Source: a virus
Length of the DNA stretch: 64,000 bases
Virus record (IMG/VR): IMGVR_UViG_3300021093_000006
Reading direction: 5' to 3' (one strand)
Shown piece by piece: positions 28,159 through 38,772 of the stretch (positions within the stretch are counted from its first letter, which is position 1; every line of letters begins with the position of its first letter). The notes below the pieces were generated by a model. The model was not told the origin of the DNA. It saw only the letters and a list, made by a program, of their open reading frames with translations, and did not search any database. The position numbers were made by a program, and so were the translations under genes.

Positions 28159-29186
28159 AATAATATTCCATTTATTTCTACTTCAGAAGATTTACTTACA
28201 TCAGTTTTATTAACTTTAATGTATAATTGATCTCCGTTATTTACGGTAAAAGGTAAAGTTACTATACTACCATTTTTCTTAAATAAAACTGAATTTGTAT
28301 TTGTTACTGTTAAATCATTGTATGTAGCCGATACATCTACAGGTATTGTAACATTACTAGTTCCTACCTTAAAAAATACATTGATACAAATACCACTATT
28401 TTTTGTATCTAAATTAACTTGATATGATGCCCTATATAATTCTTCACTTATTTCATAAAAACTAACCGCTCTATTAATTGCGGGTGTTATTACAAAATCA
28501 TCTTCATCTAATAAATAACCCATCATTTTTATCGTAAAAAGTTGTACATAATATTTTCTTTCATCTAAGTTACTTATAGAACTCTCATCACCTACACTAT
28601 CTAAAATTAAAGGTATTGGGTGACCATTAACTTTTATATATTTTTCTAATGCAGAAAAAGAAGTTAACATTTTTCTATTCATTAGATTTAAATCTCTCAT
28701 CCTATTACAAAAAAGTCTCACTTCATACATTATATCAACAGAAACAGGTTGTGGTATTTTATACATATCATACCCCTTTCTATTACCATCCCATGTAGGA
28801 ATTTTCATATACGTAAATGTTGGTCTACCAGGTATATTAAAACTTCCAGCGTAATTTGTACCTTGTTGAGCATCAGGTTTTCTAACAATAGTAATAAATG
28901 GTAATTTTATATTTTTATCAATATCAGTATATTGCCAAGTTTTAGAAAATTCTGCCCATCTTTGTGCACTTAAAAATATAACAGGTACTTTCTCACCTGC
29001 CAAACTTAAATCAATATCGTTATTAAGATAGTTAATGATTTCCCCATCCATATCCTCGTGAAGAATACCTTTGGGTAAATATGTCCCTTTATTAGCGATA
29101 TCATCCAATATACTCTGTCTCTGCTCAAAACCTTGTTTATGAGGAGTTATATTTACATATTTTCTATAATTTTTTGGTAATCCCAT
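28155..29186 (-). CDS. Tail terminator / completion protein (T4 gp15-like)
   Basis: KVPVIF...RWAEF...KLPFITIVR...PVSVDIMYEVRLFCNRMRDLN pattern; adjacent to the neck gene. Confidence 0.55.
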   Translation of the reverse strand: MGLPKNYRKYVNITPHKQGFEQRQSILDDIANKGTYLPKGILHEDMDGEIINYLNNDIDLSLAGEKVPVIFLSAQRWAEFSKTWQYTDIDKNIKLPFITIVRKPDAQQGTNYAGSFNIPGRPTFTYMKIPTWDGNRKGYDMYKIPQPVSVDIMYEVRLFCNRMRDLNLMNRKMLTSFSALEKYIKVNGHPIPLILDSVGDESSISNLDERKYYVQLFTIKMMGYLLDEDDFVITPAINRAVSFYEISEELYRASYQVNLDTKNSGICINVFFKVGTSNVTIPVDVSATYNDLTVTNTNSVLFKKNGSIVTLPFTVNNGDQLYIKVNKTDVSKSSEVEINGILL

Positions 29187-29698
29187 TATATTCCGTTAAA
29201 TTCGTCTAAGTCTGTTGGTACACAAGTTATTGTCCTATAAAATCCTTTATACCCACCTATTGTATGGGCATTATCTGAAAATATTTTTCCGTCATTTGAT
29301 ACTGTAAAATATTTTATTTTTGTTTCTGTTTCTGGATAGGCAATGTAATCACCATAACTTATATCTACACCTAATTCATTTAATTGATCTTGATAGACAC
29401 CTAAAGTAATATTACCCCTTTCTAGTAATCTTAAAGAACCGTCACTATTATAACTTTTATTTGTTGGTGTTGCGTAATTAAAACTAACAGGAATTTCTAT
29501 AGGAGGTTTAAATCTTATTTCATTTTTACCTGCCTCACCATAAATATCATCATTAGTCGTTTCAGTTCTATCAACACGATAAAGAATTACTTTGATGTTA
29601 ATATCACCTTCTAACCATTCCCTACCAAAATCAATTTCTAATTCAAAATCATCTTGCGAAAAAAATTTGTTTAAACGTTCTATTGGCACTTTACGCAT
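29186..29698 (-). CDS. Neck / head-closure protein (T4 gp14-like)
   Basis: ILYRVD...DDIYGEA...FKPPIEI...DISYGDYIAY...YFTVSND. Confidence 0.55.
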   Translation of the reverse strand: MRKVPIERLNKFFSQDDFELEIDFGREWLEGDINIKVILYRVDRTETTNDDIYGEAGKNEIRFKPPIEIPVSFNYATPTNKSYNSDGSLRLLERGNITLGVYQDQLNELGVDISYGDYIAYPETETKIKYFTVSNDGKIFSDNAHTIGGYKGFYRTITCVPTDLDEFNGI

Positions 29699-29718
29699 AT
29701 TATTAAATCTATTTATAG

Positions 29719-29726
29719 ATAAATAT
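29719..29726 (-). promoter_or_regulatory. Putative late promoter ATATTTAT
   Basis: Upstream of the neck gene ATG at 29698. Confidence 0.45.
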
Positions 29727-29756
29727 TTATTTTTAAGAAAAAATTGTGTATCTTTG
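29726..29756 (+). promoter_or_regulatory. Bacteroidota-type promoter TTTA-N19-TATCTTTG
   Basis: TATCTTTG at 29749-29756, 5 nt before the ATG at 29762. Confidence 0.45.
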
Positions 29757-29761
29757 AAAAT

Positions 29762-32656
29762 ATGTTAGATATTAAAGACATAAACAATTTAGATACTGAT
29801 ACTTTATTGTCTTCTTATGAGGGTAAAAACCCTTATATTAGATTTATGAAGAAAAAAATGGATACTGAAAAGAATTATTTTTTAACTAATAGTCAATCTA
29901 ATTATATTAAAACTTATTATTATTTTGAACCAAAAGAAATAAATAAAGTCATTGAATTGACTGAGTATTTCTCTGAACAATTAAAAGAAGAACATAAATT
30001 AAAAATTTCACCTAAAAAAATTTTTATAGATACATTATTGGCGGAATCCGAAAAAGCAATTCACGTTCTTTGTAAATTACATAAAAAACAAGAAGATTTT
30101 AAAATATTGTGGATTCCTAAAACACAACTTTTAGATGACATTCATTATGAAGAACTTAATATTGATATTGATTTTGAAAAATATGTTGATTTAGATAAGA
30201 GAGGATGGAAGGCATTTAAACATCAGGAAGATGGTATTAAATTTCTTATAAACAATAAGAAATGTATTTTGGCGGATGATATGGGATTAGGTAAATGTCA
30301 AAGTGTTGATTCTGAAGTATTTACTCCATATGGTAAAAAAAGGATTGGGGATGTAATACCTGGTGATTATGTTATTGGTTCTGATGGTAAACCTACAATT
30401 GTTGAGGCAGTATATCCACAAGGGGTGAAAGATTTATATAGAATAACATTTAATGATGGTTATTCTATATTAGTTTCTAAAGATCATCTATGGACTGTAA
30501 GTAGTAATAATAGTGGAGAAAATTCTAAAAATAGAGAAAATAAATACCATACATTAAGTGTTGAACAAATGTTGGATGAAGATTTAGTTTTAATAAAAAA
30601 TGGTATAGGGTGTAACGAAAAAAAACCTTATAAATTCAATACGTTTTATAAAACTAAAAATGGGCAGAATAAATGGCAAATACCTATTGTAAAACCCATA
30701 GAATTTACTGTCGACAAAACTTTACCGATTAATCCATATTTATTGGGTATCTGTTTGGGTGATGGACATATAAAAGATGTATCAGTTAAAGTAGATGTCC
30801 ATAAAGATGATTTTGATGAATTATTTTCAAACCAAACAATAAAAGAAAATAAACCACAAAAAAATTTAAGATGTGGTTCTATATTTTTATCAGAATCATT
30901 AAAAGAACTTAAAATTAATCAAACTAGATCATATAATAAATTCATACCTGACATCTATAAATATTCGTCAATTGATGATAGACTGTCTTTATTACAAGGT
31001 CTTATGGATACGGATGGACATTGTATGAAATCAAAAAAAGGTAATTTTACTGGTACTGAATTTTCTACATCATCCGAAAAACTAGCAGACGATGTTGCAG
31101 AAATTGTTCATAGTCTTGGGGGTATTGTTAGAAAAAAAAGTAGAATACCTACTTATACTTATAAAGGAAAAAAATTAAAAGGTAGATTAAATTACAGACT
31201 TAACATTAAATTACCAAAAGGGATGAATCCATTCAGACTAAAAAGAAAGTCTGAAGAATATAAAACTTCTGAAAAATATAAGATAGGTAGATATATTACA
31301 AATATACAATTAGAAAAACAAGGTGAAACGGTATGTATTCAAGTTGATGCTAAAGATCACCTATATGTAACTGATCATGGTATTGTTACTCACAATACCT
31401 ATCAGTCTATAGTTGCCGCATTAGAAAGTGATTCTGAAAGAGTTTTAATTATTTGCCCATCATCACTTAAAATAAATTGGAAACGTGAGGTTGAAAACTT
31501 TTGTGATGATGTGTCTATCATAAATGGGACTTATTGGAATCCTTCTAGATTTACAATCATCAATTATGATATACTGAAAAATTTTCATACGGTAAAAGAG
31601 AGGGGTAAAGACTATGAAGATTGGGAAATTCGTAAAGAATTATTAGAATTTAATCCTGATTTAATTATTTTAGATGAAGCGCATTACATTAAAAATCATA
31701 AAAGTATAAGGGGTAAAATTATAAAAGATGTATCAAAAACGTTTAAAAATTCTAGGGTATGGTTATTAACTGGTACACCTATCGCTAATAGACCGATGGA
31801 TTACTATAACTTACTATCTATAATTGATTCTCCAGTTGCAAATAATTGGGTTCATTATGCTAAAACATATTGTGCAGGATCTAGATTTAAGAAAGGTGGT
31901 AAATTTGTTTGGGTTACCAAAGGATCATCTAATTTAGATGAATTATCTACTAAAACTAAAAGAACTATTCTTAGACGTAAAAAAGATGAGGTTTTAGATT
32001 TACCTGAAAAATTAATTACTCCAGTTTATTTAGAATTACAGAATGTTGGTGGTTACGAAAATGTATGGAATGATTACTTAAATAAACGTAAATTAGCTGG
32101 TAAAAAAGGTAATCCTGCAAAAGATTTAGTGGAAACCACATTATTAAGAACTTTTATTGCAATGGAAACCGTTCCATATACTATTGAGAAAACTGAAGAG
32201 GCGTTAGAGTTAAATAAAAAAGTAATCATATTTTGTAACTTTAATGATGAAATGGATGAATTTGTTAGATATTTTGGTAAGAAGGCGGTTTGTGTTAGAG
32301 GTGGTATGACTGATAAACAAAAACAACATTCTGTCGATAGATTTCAAAAAGATGATAGTTGTATGGTTTTTATTGGGCAAATAAAGGCGGCAGGTGTTGG
32401 TTTAACTTTAACTAAAGCGGAAATTGTTATTATGAATTCTTTGGATTGGGTACCAGGTAATCATGAACAAGCCGAAGATAGGGCGTATAGGATAGGACAA
32501 AAAGAAACTGTTAATATTTATTATATGTTAATAGATGATACCATAGATACAATTATATGGAATATATTAAATAATAAAAAGAAAGTTATCGGAACTATAA
32601 TGGGTGAAGATGAAATAATAAATGAATTCATAAATAAAATAGAAAATGGAAACTGA
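29762..32656 (+). CDS. SNF2/SWI2-family helicase with an intein
   Basis: ADDMGLGK|T Walker A (split by the intein), ILDEAH, LLTGTP, AAGVGLTL, QAEDRAYRIGQ. Start moved to 29762. Confidence 0.9.
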   Translation: MLDIKDINNLDTDTLLSSYEGKNPYIRFMKKKMDTEKNYFLTNSQSNYIKTYYYFEPKEINKVIELTEYFSEQLKEEHKLKISPKKIFIDTLLAESEKAIHVLCKLHKKQEDFKILWIPKTQLLDDIHYEELNIDIDFEKYVDLDKRGWKAFKHQEDGIKFLINNKKCILADDMGLGKCQSVDSEVFTPYGKKRIGDVIPGDYVIGSDGKPTIVEAVYPQGVKDLYRITFNDGYSILVSKDHLWTVSSNNSGENSKNRENKYHTLSVEQMLDEDLVLIKNGIGCNEKKPYKFNTFYKTKNGQNKWQIPIVKPIEFTVDKTLPINPYLLGICLGDGHIKDVSVKVDVHKDDFDELFSNQTIKENKPQKNLRCGSIFLSESLKELKINQTRSYNKFIPDIYKYSSIDDRLSLLQGLMDTDGHCMKSKKGNFTGTEFSTSSEKLADDVAEIVHSLGGIVRKKSRIPTYTYKGKKLKGRLNYRLNIKLPKGMNPFRLKRKSEEYKTSEKYKIGRYITNIQLEKQGETVCIQVDAKDHLYVTDHGIVTHNTYQSIVAALESDSERVLIICPSSLKINWKREVENFCDDVSIINGTYWNPSRFTIINYDILKNFHTVKERGKDYEDWEIRKELLEFNPDLIILDEAHYIKNHKSIRGKIIKDVSKTFKNSRVWLLTGTPIANRPMDYYNLLSIIDSPVANNWVHYAKTYCAGSRFKKGGKFVWVTKGSSNLDELSTKTKRTILRRKKDEVLDLPEKLITPVYLELQNVGGYENVWNDYLNKRKLAGKKGNPAKDLVETTLLRTFIAMETVPYTIEKTEEALELNKKVIIFCNFNDEMDEFVRYFGKKAVCVRGGMTDKQKQHSVDRFQKDDSCMVFIGQIKAAGVGLTLTKAEIVIMNSLDWVPGNHEQAEDRAYRIGQKETVNIYYMLIDDTIDTIIWNILNNKKKVIGTIMGEDEIINEFINKIENGN
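30296..31396 (+). mobile_element. Intein with LAGLIDADG homing endonuclease (367 aa)
   Basis: Starts CQSVDSEV after GLGK and ends VTHN before T; LAGLIDADG-like blocks YLLGICLGDG and LLQGLMDTDG. Confidence 0.9.
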
Positions 32657-32915
32657 TGTAAGAGTAAAAGTATTTTCAATGAAAGGATGCCCTCATTGTG
32701 AAAAATTAAAAAGTAAATTAAATGAAAATAATATAGATTATATTGATATTGATATTGACGAACATGAGGAATTATATAATAATTTTTCTAAAAAAGTTAA
32801 CAATGAATATCTGCCAGCAATTTTAATGGATAGAACTGCGTTTGTACCTGAAAAATCTTTTAACACTATTGATGAGGCAGTGAGTCTAATAAAGAATCAA
32901 TTACTTAAAGATTAA
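32646..32915 (+). CDS. Glutaredoxin
   Basis: VFSMKGCPHC active site; LPAI cis-Pro motif. Confidence 0.8.
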   Translation: METDVRVKVFSMKGCPHCEKLKSKLNENNIDYIDIDIDEHEELYNNFSKKVNNEYLPAILMDRTAFVPEKSFNTIDEAVSLIKNQLLKD

Positions 32916-33286
32916 TTTCTATTTTCATCATTTTTTTTTGAATTCAGATGGATATTACCGTCCCAATAATTAGGTGTATGTTCATCTATAAATTTTGCAA
33001 TCCTATTAATTAGATTATTTTCATTTTTGTCATTTTCTTCGTCATGCCCAAATCCATTTGTACCATTATGACCATAATCATGCATTAAATCTTTTTTAAA
33101 TTCAATAATCTCCTCCCTTAATTTTTCGTCATCACATTCTTGATATGCATTTTCTATTAATCTAAGGGCATCTACCAATATCTGTTGAGCTTTATATAGT
33201 GAAGAAAAACAAGCATTTTTTCTACCATCTAGGGGATCACCCAATTCATTTTCATAAGACTCTTTTAAAAAATATTTAAATTTCAT
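32912..33286 (-). CDS. Hypothetical protein with a leader-like N-terminus
   Basis: MKFKYFLKESYENE; 124 aa. Confidence 0.35.
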   Translation of the reverse strand: MKFKYFLKESYENELGDPLDGRKNACFSSLYKAQQILVDALRLIENAYQECDDEKLREEIIEFKKDLMHDYGHNGTNGFGHDEENDKNENNLINRIAKFIDEHTPNYWDGNIHLNSKKNDENRN

Positions 33287-33657
33287 TATTTTAGTGTTAA
33301 TAAATATCTTAATTTATTTAATGAACCCATTACTTCATCTCTGATATTTAATAAATCACTATCATTTTCTTCATTAAGTTTTTGATTTAAACTTTTTAAC
33401 CAAGAAATATTTTCCTTAATAAAGGAATTTAAATCTAATGAATCAGTATTTTTTAAAATAATATTACCTTCACCACTATTAAAAGATACTCTACCGTATT
33501 TACCCATGTAAATTTCGATAAACTCATCAATAAAACTATCCAATGATTCATATATTGATCCATATGCATTATGTTTTGCATATGATTTTGTTTGCCAATG
33601 TAATATTCTAAATTGTTGTTGCATCCCAACAAATTTTAAAATTAATTCTTCTTTCAT
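33286..33657 (-). CDS. Ferritin-like protein (DUF5856 type)
   Basis: RILHWQTKSYAKHNAYGSIYE...DEFIEIYMGKYGR...DLLNIRDEVMGSLNKLRYLLTL. Confidence 0.75.
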   Translation of the reverse strand: MKEELILKFVGMQQQFRILHWQTKSYAKHNAYGSIYESLDSFIDEFIEIYMGKYGRVSFNSGEGNIILKNTDSLDLNSFIKENISWLKSLNQKLNEENDSDLLNIRDEVMGSLNKLRYLLTLK

Positions 33658-33678
33658 ACTTTTTAGTTTTTACATTTA

Positions 33679-33698
33679 ATAAATATTAGATATTTATA
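33679..33698. promoter_or_regulatory. Back-to-back late motifs (minus 33679-33686, plus 33690-33698)
   Basis: ATATTTAT on each strand pointing into the divergent genes. Confidence 0.55.
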
Positions 33699-33714
33699 AA
33701 TAAATATATTGAAT

Positions 33715-34857
33715 ATGCCAAATTCATTAAATGATAATTTAAAAAACGAATTGTTCACACAAATAAAACATAGATTAGGTGCACCTATTCGTAAAATTGA
33801 ATTGGATTGGGATCAAATGAATTCTCTATTGGAAACTGCAATTGAGGATTATGCTCAACGAGTTCAAGATTGGTTAATAGAAAACCAATGGTCATCTGTA
33901 TTAGGTAAAGATGCTGATAAAATTGATATTGCATTTGCATTAACGACTAGATCTTTAGACTTTGAAAGCACTTTTTCTTATGCCTATTCTAAGCAAGTTG
34001 GTTTACAACAAAGAGGTCCTTGGGAACTTAAAAAAGATTACGTAACAATAATAAAAAATCAACAAGTATATCAGATACCAGCTGGAAGAGAAATTAATGA
34101 AATATTATGGTTAACCCCAAACTCAACTGATCACGCACTTTATTCATTTGCGGGATTTGGTGATTATGGATTTGGTGGTGGATTCGGACAAGTCCCTTTT
34201 GCTGGTTGGGGGCAAGGTGGTGGATTAGGTAATGGTGGATTCTATGTTGCACCCGCATTTGATGTATTGCTTAGATCCAGTGATTTTAGTTTAAAATCTA
34301 AATTATTGAGGAGTGAATTATCTTACAAAGTTACTGCGGGTCCAGATGGGACTAGATTATTACATCTTATGCCGATACCAGGTAGTAGACTTTCATTTGC
34401 TGGTGGTGGTTTAGTAGGCGGACAAGTAGGGTTGGCAGGAACTAAGGTTTGGTATCACTATTATGATGCTGGAGACGATAGAGACAAATGTTTAGAAGAA
34501 AATCCTGACATAATTAAATTACCTAATGATGTACCTCTATCTAAAATAAGGTATTCTGATTTAAATGAACCTACAAGAATATGGGTTAGGAGATATTTGA
34601 CTGCATTATTCAAAGAAGCTTTAGGTAGAGTAAGAGGTAAGTTTGGTGGGGCATTAAAAGTACCTGAAGCCGAATTGACTATGGATTTTGATAGTCTTCT
34701 AAATGAAGGTAAAGAAGAACAATTAAAATTATTAGAACAATTAGATTTAAGATTAGAAAAACTTTCTAATGTAAAACAATTAGAGAATAAAGCGTTAGAG
34801 GCAGAAAATCTTAATAAATCATTGACTTATCGGCCTTTGGGTCTTTACGTCATATGA
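33715..34857 (+). CDS. Neck / head-tail adaptor protein (T4 gp13-like)
   Basis: IKHRLGAP.RKIEL...LETAIEDY; WVRRYLTALFKEALGRVRGKF...LLNEGKEE. Start moved to ATG 33715. Confidence 0.65.
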   Translation: MPNSLNDNLKNELFTQIKHRLGAPIRKIELDWDQMNSLLETAIEDYAQRVQDWLIENQWSSVLGKDADKIDIAFALTTRSLDFESTFSYAYSKQVGLQQRGPWELKKDYVTIIKNQQVYQIPAGREINEILWLTPNSTDHALYSFAGFGDYGFGGGFGQVPFAGWGQGGGLGNGGFYVAPAFDVLLRSSDFSLKSKLLRSELSYKVTAGPDGTRLLHLMPIPGSRLSFAGGGLVGGQVGLAGTKVWYHYYDAGDDRDKCLEENPDIIKLPNDVPLSKIRYSDLNEPTRIWVRRYLTALFKEALGRVRGKFGGALKVPEAELTMDFDSLLNEGKEEQLKLLEQLDLRLEKLSNVKQLENKALEAENLNKSLTYRPLGLYVI

Positions 34858-37800
34858 GAATTCATCTTCTATACCGTAATCCTCAAACATATAAGTAGGT
34901 GAGATACCTATTCTATTCCAGAATTCTAATTCCTCATCAGTAATAGTTAATAAATCTTCTAACTTATCCTGATCACTATCATTGAATGGTTTTCCAGAAG
35001 TTAATGTTAATTCTTGTGCGGTAAAGTATTTTCTTTCTAATGGGGAAGTTATTAAAATTTCATCTCTCACTGATGGATCAAAACAAACTAATAATGGTTT
35101 AACCCTTTTATTAAATGCATCTAAGTACCTATCTATATTGTATTCGCCAGTTGCATTAGGATCATTTTCTATTAATTCGTTAGGTATATAATTACAATTT
35201 ACAGTAATTTCTATTTTAGATGGATCAGGTAACTTACCATTATTAATGTAATATAATTCAGTTTCCTTTTTTGTAAATTTACTATGTGCCTTTGTTTGAA
35301 CATCCCCGTGTGATTTTTTTGTTCCTGTATTGACATAATAAATTGTATCACCTAAATTAACATTCAAACCCTCCTTCATAATTAATTCCATATGTGCCTG
35401 TCTAGCCATAGAACCACCTGATTTATTAGTAGTTTTCATCTTCTTTTTATATGCGTCTAACGAAATTCTAACTCTAGCCTTATTAGCAATTTTAGATAGT
35501 GGAATTTCTTGATTATAAATCATTTCTATTGTTTCATAATATTCATTTACAAAACCTAAACCATCTCCATCTAATAATAATTTAATTCCTTTATCTATGA
35601 ATTCTGAAATATAAACTGGCATTTTTTTAGATTTAATAGAGTTACCGACTAATTTAACTTTACCATCGATTAAATCTGCATAATTTTTTCTAGATAAATT
35701 AATGGTTGACGAACATATCTCATCTACATCTAATCCCATTACACCTTTCATATATTTATCATTATATTCTGCAACTACTGCAGACATACCTTTATATGTT
35801 TTACCTAATTCATTAAAATGGTGATTACCATTAGATGTATAAACAAATCTATCTACATCTTTAGGTACAGAAAAGTTAAATCCATCGGTATTATGTGCAA
35901 TAATTCCACCTATACCACATACAAAAGTACCATCTTCTGTTGATATGTCGTAAACATATTTATTTTTATCTTTATTTTCGATTACTTCATTTTTCCAAAC
36001 TTCGTCACTTTTCTTTTTAGTTTTATTGGTAAATGATGAATTGTTACGATTACTATTTTTTAGGTTAAAATTTATAAAATTTTGTCTATCTTTTCTGGTT
36101 TTAATTTTATAATCAATACCTAATTCTTTTAAAATTAATGAAATTCCTGACATTGCAACTTGTGATTTCATACCTATATCTGAACATGTTTCTATTGAAT
36201 CCCCGTAACCATCAGAAGAAAAAACACCATTAATAAATGCCATTTTAATTTCTTTTGTAGAATTTAATATAATTTTAGGAATTTTCTTTTCTCTATATGA
36301 AGTATAAAAGTTGTCACAAAAAGTTTTAGAAAATTTACTATTATAAACCACCAAATTATATACACCTGAAGATTTAATATGGTTCTTTATTACCCCTTTT
36401 ACGGAAAATTCATTATTAAGAATTTTTTGTAGTTTTTCTAATAATTCTATTCTTGAATTAGAAATTTTCCAATCACTTCTTTTACCTTTATTATATTTTA
36501 TCACACCAGTTTTACGTGAAATATATTTTTGTTTTCTACTCGAACATATAGATGACCCATCACCTAAGAAAAAACCATATAAAAACGCCATTTCCTCATT
36601 TATAACAGTAATTAAATCATTATTTACTGGTAAATCATAGATATCAATTTTATCACTTCTTTTTAATGAAGATGGTTTCACTTCAACACCGTTTTGGAAT
36701 AACGAATGATCCTCGGTAACATTTATTAGTCTATCTTTAGTACTTATCCTATGAATAGTTTTATTTGTTTCGTGACGATATACATATTTTATTTCTTTCC
36801 ATCCATTACGAGTTAAAACCTCAAACTCTTTCCCTTCAAAGTCTCTTAATTTTTCAATATCTAAAAATTCAGAACTTTCATTAAATAAATCACATATAGG
36901 TAAGATATCTATGTAATTGTTATCTGATTTATATCTAATATAAATTGGTGTGTCGTAAGTAACCGAATCACCTACTAATGGTTTAAAACCTTTATGTGAA
37001 AAGAATCTAATCATATGTCTTAGATATTGTCTACCTGTACATGTAATTTTTTCACCCATATCTGAATCACCCCACGGATAAACATTTGGTGCTGAAATAG
37101 ATCCAAACATACCATTATTTAAAATTTTTAAGGGTAATTGTTTTTTATCATAATACGCAGATTTTTCGGAATCACCTTCTGAAGAGTATTTCTTTTTCAA
37201 TTCCTTATAAAGATTACGGTAATCATAGTTATACTGTAATAAACCTCTCATTGCGCCCATTACATCACAATCAGTAAAAACATTATGAGTTAATTGTATT
37301 GATGGGTAAAGAGAAGCAAAGTCAAACTTAACTACATTCTCACTAAAACCTACTTCTAATAATCTAGATAATCCACCTATGAAACCTTTTGACGGCATAG
37401 TATGTGGTATGGCAATGCCACTTCTATAATACCAACCCAGCATAAGAAGTTTCCAAGTTGCTGCAGTACCCATAGTCGATGCCCTCATAAATGATGTTGG
37501 TAACACTTTAGATAATAAAAAAGTTGCCTGATTAAAAATATTGTCTACTTTTTCTGTTTCCCATAAGTCATCGATTAAGTATCTTTCTACTATGTAAGAA
37601 CCTTTAACTTTAATAGTATTTTCATGAATTTCATCATCTTTAATTTTCCCCCATTCACCCCTACTATCATCAAACCAATATTCATTTTCTTTATCCTCAT
37701 AAATTTTACTAATCTTATCTCCTTGTATATAAACTCGATTAGGTTTAGCTACCTTAGAATATTTTGTAATATACTTTAGTCCTGCCTCTTTAATTGATGA

Positions 37801-38721
37801 ATTAATTGCCTGAGCCCTTCTTACTGCGTGATACACATCCATTATATTATAACCCCACATATGAGTTTGTTCATAATCTTCCATTTCTGGACCCATTTTC
37901 AGTGTTTGAGTTTTTCTATAAAATGATACATTACCTAATGTTTTGGCAATTTTAGTAATATCTAAACCTAATATTTTACACCTTTCAGTTATAAAATACC
38001 AGTCAAAGTTTTCGGAGTTATATCCAGCTATGATTGCGGGTTTCAAATAATTAATTACTTTAAAAAAGGTTATAATAGCTTCAGATTCTCTTCTACGTAA
38101 AGTTTCTTCGTCATCACCATCGATAGAAATAACGTGTTGAAAATCAATATTATCTTTCATACCTATTTGAAAAATTCTACTAACTTTAGGATCTAAACCT
38201 GTTGTCTCTAAGTCAAAAGAAAGTCTATGGACATCATTATATTCGTCCATACCCTTAAATAATCTTTTACCTGTTTGTATTAAAAATTGTTCAGTAGGAC
38301 TTATAGTTAGAAAATTACCTCTATTTTCATCGGCATAAACATCCATATTACCTTTATTAAAGAAATTTAATAAATCCCCATAAGAACCTTTTGTTCTAAC
38401 TAAAAATTTATAACCATTTTCTAAACGAGAAACTGTTTCCCCATTTTCGTCTTCTATTGATAACGGTATGAATTTAATTTTATATTCCTTAATTTTATTC
38501 TTAATTTCTTTTCTATCTCCACCGTATAACTTATTTATATCTAAACTCTTCATCCATAAAAATGGTGTGAATTTATGTTTTTCTATACGTTTACCCTTTT
38601 CTGGATCGTGTATGATTAGATATACTTTATTTTCATAGTAAGAAGATTCAACCCCCACTATATACTTTTGTTCATCATAACCCTCTAAATATTCTTTGAT
38701 GTCTTCTACTGATGCAGGCAT
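34819..38721 (-). CDS. polB: Family B DNA polymerase with an intein
   Basis: Exonuclease FDLETTG and GYNSENFD; polymerase DFASLYPSI, KILNNGMFG and GD|TDG (split by the intein). Confidence 0.92.
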   Translation of the reverse strand: MPASVEDIKEYLEGYDEQKYIVGVESSYYENKVYLIIHDPEKGKRIEKHKFTPFLWMKSLDINKLYGGDRKEIKNKIKEYKIKFIPLSIEDENGETVSRLENGYKFLVRTKGSYGDLLNFFNKGNMDVYADENRGNFLTISPTEQFLIQTGKRLFKGMDEYNDVHRLSFDLETTGLDPKVSRIFQIGMKDNIDFQHVISIDGDDEETLRRRESEAIITFFKVINYLKPAIIAGYNSENFDWYFITERCKILGLDITKIAKTLGNVSFYRKTQTLKMGPEMEDYEQTHMWGYNIMDVYHAVRRAQAINSSIKEAGLKYITKYSKVAKPNRVYIQGDKISKIYEDKENEYWFDDSRGEWGKIKDDEIHENTIKVKGSYIVERYLIDDLWETEKVDNIFNQATFLLSKVLPTSFMRASTMGTAATWKLLMLGWYYRSGIAIPHTMPSKGFIGGLSRLLEVGFSENVVKFDFASLYPSIQLTHNVFTDCDVMGAMRGLLQYNYDYRNLYKELKKKYSSEGDSEKSAYYDKKQLPLKILNNGMFGSISAPNVYPWGDSDMGEKITCTGRQYLRHMIRFFSHKGFKPLVGDSVTYDTPIYIRYKSDNNYIDILPICDLFNESSEFLDIEKLRDFEGKEFEVLTRNGWKEIKYVYRHETNKTIHRISTKDRLINVTEDHSLFQNGVEVKPSSLKRSDKIDIYDLPVNNDLITVINEEMAFLYGFFLGDGSSICSSRKQKYISRKTGVIKYNKGKRSDWKISNSRIELLEKLQKILNNEFSVKGVIKNHIKSSGVYNLVVYNSKFSKTFCDNFYTSYREKKIPKIILNSTKEIKMAFINGVFSSDGYGDSIETCSDIGMKSQVAMSGISLILKELGIDYKIKTRKDRQNFINFNLKNSNRNNSSFTNKTKKKSDEVWKNEVIENKDKNKYVYDISTEDGTFVCGIGGIIAHNTDGFNFSVPKDVDRFVYTSNGNHHFNELGKTYKGMSAVVAEYNDKYMKGVMGLDVDEICSSTINLSRKNYADLIDGKVKLVGNSIKSKKMPVYISEFIDKGIKLLLDGDGLGFVNEYYETIEMIYNQEIPLSKIANKARVRISLDAYKKKMKTTNKSGGSMARQAHMELIMKEGLNVNLGDTIYYVNTGTKKSHGDVQTKAHSKFTKKETELYYINNGKLPDPSKIEITVNCNYIPNELIENDPNATGEYNIDRYLDAFNKRVKPLLVCFDPSVRDEILITSPLERKYFTAQELTLTSGKPFNDSDQDKLEDLLTITDEELEFWNRIGISPTYMFEDYGIEDEFSYDVKTQRPISQ
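35890..36966 (-). mobile_element. Ser-initiated intein with LAGLIDADG homing endonuclease (359 aa)
   Basis: Starts SVTYDTPI after VGD and ends IAHN before TDG; blocks FLYGFFLGDG and FINGVFSSDG. Confidence 0.9.
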
Positions 38722-38745
38722 AACTATCCTTTTAATAATTTAGGA

Positions 38746-38753
38746 CAAATATA
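38746..38753 (-). promoter_or_regulatory. Bacteroidota-type -7 element TATATTTG for the DNA polymerase gene
   Basis: 24 nt upstream of the ATG at 38721; ATTG at the -33 position with a 20-nt spacer. Confidence 0.45.
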
Positions 38754-38772
38754 ATAAATTATTTTTAATTAA

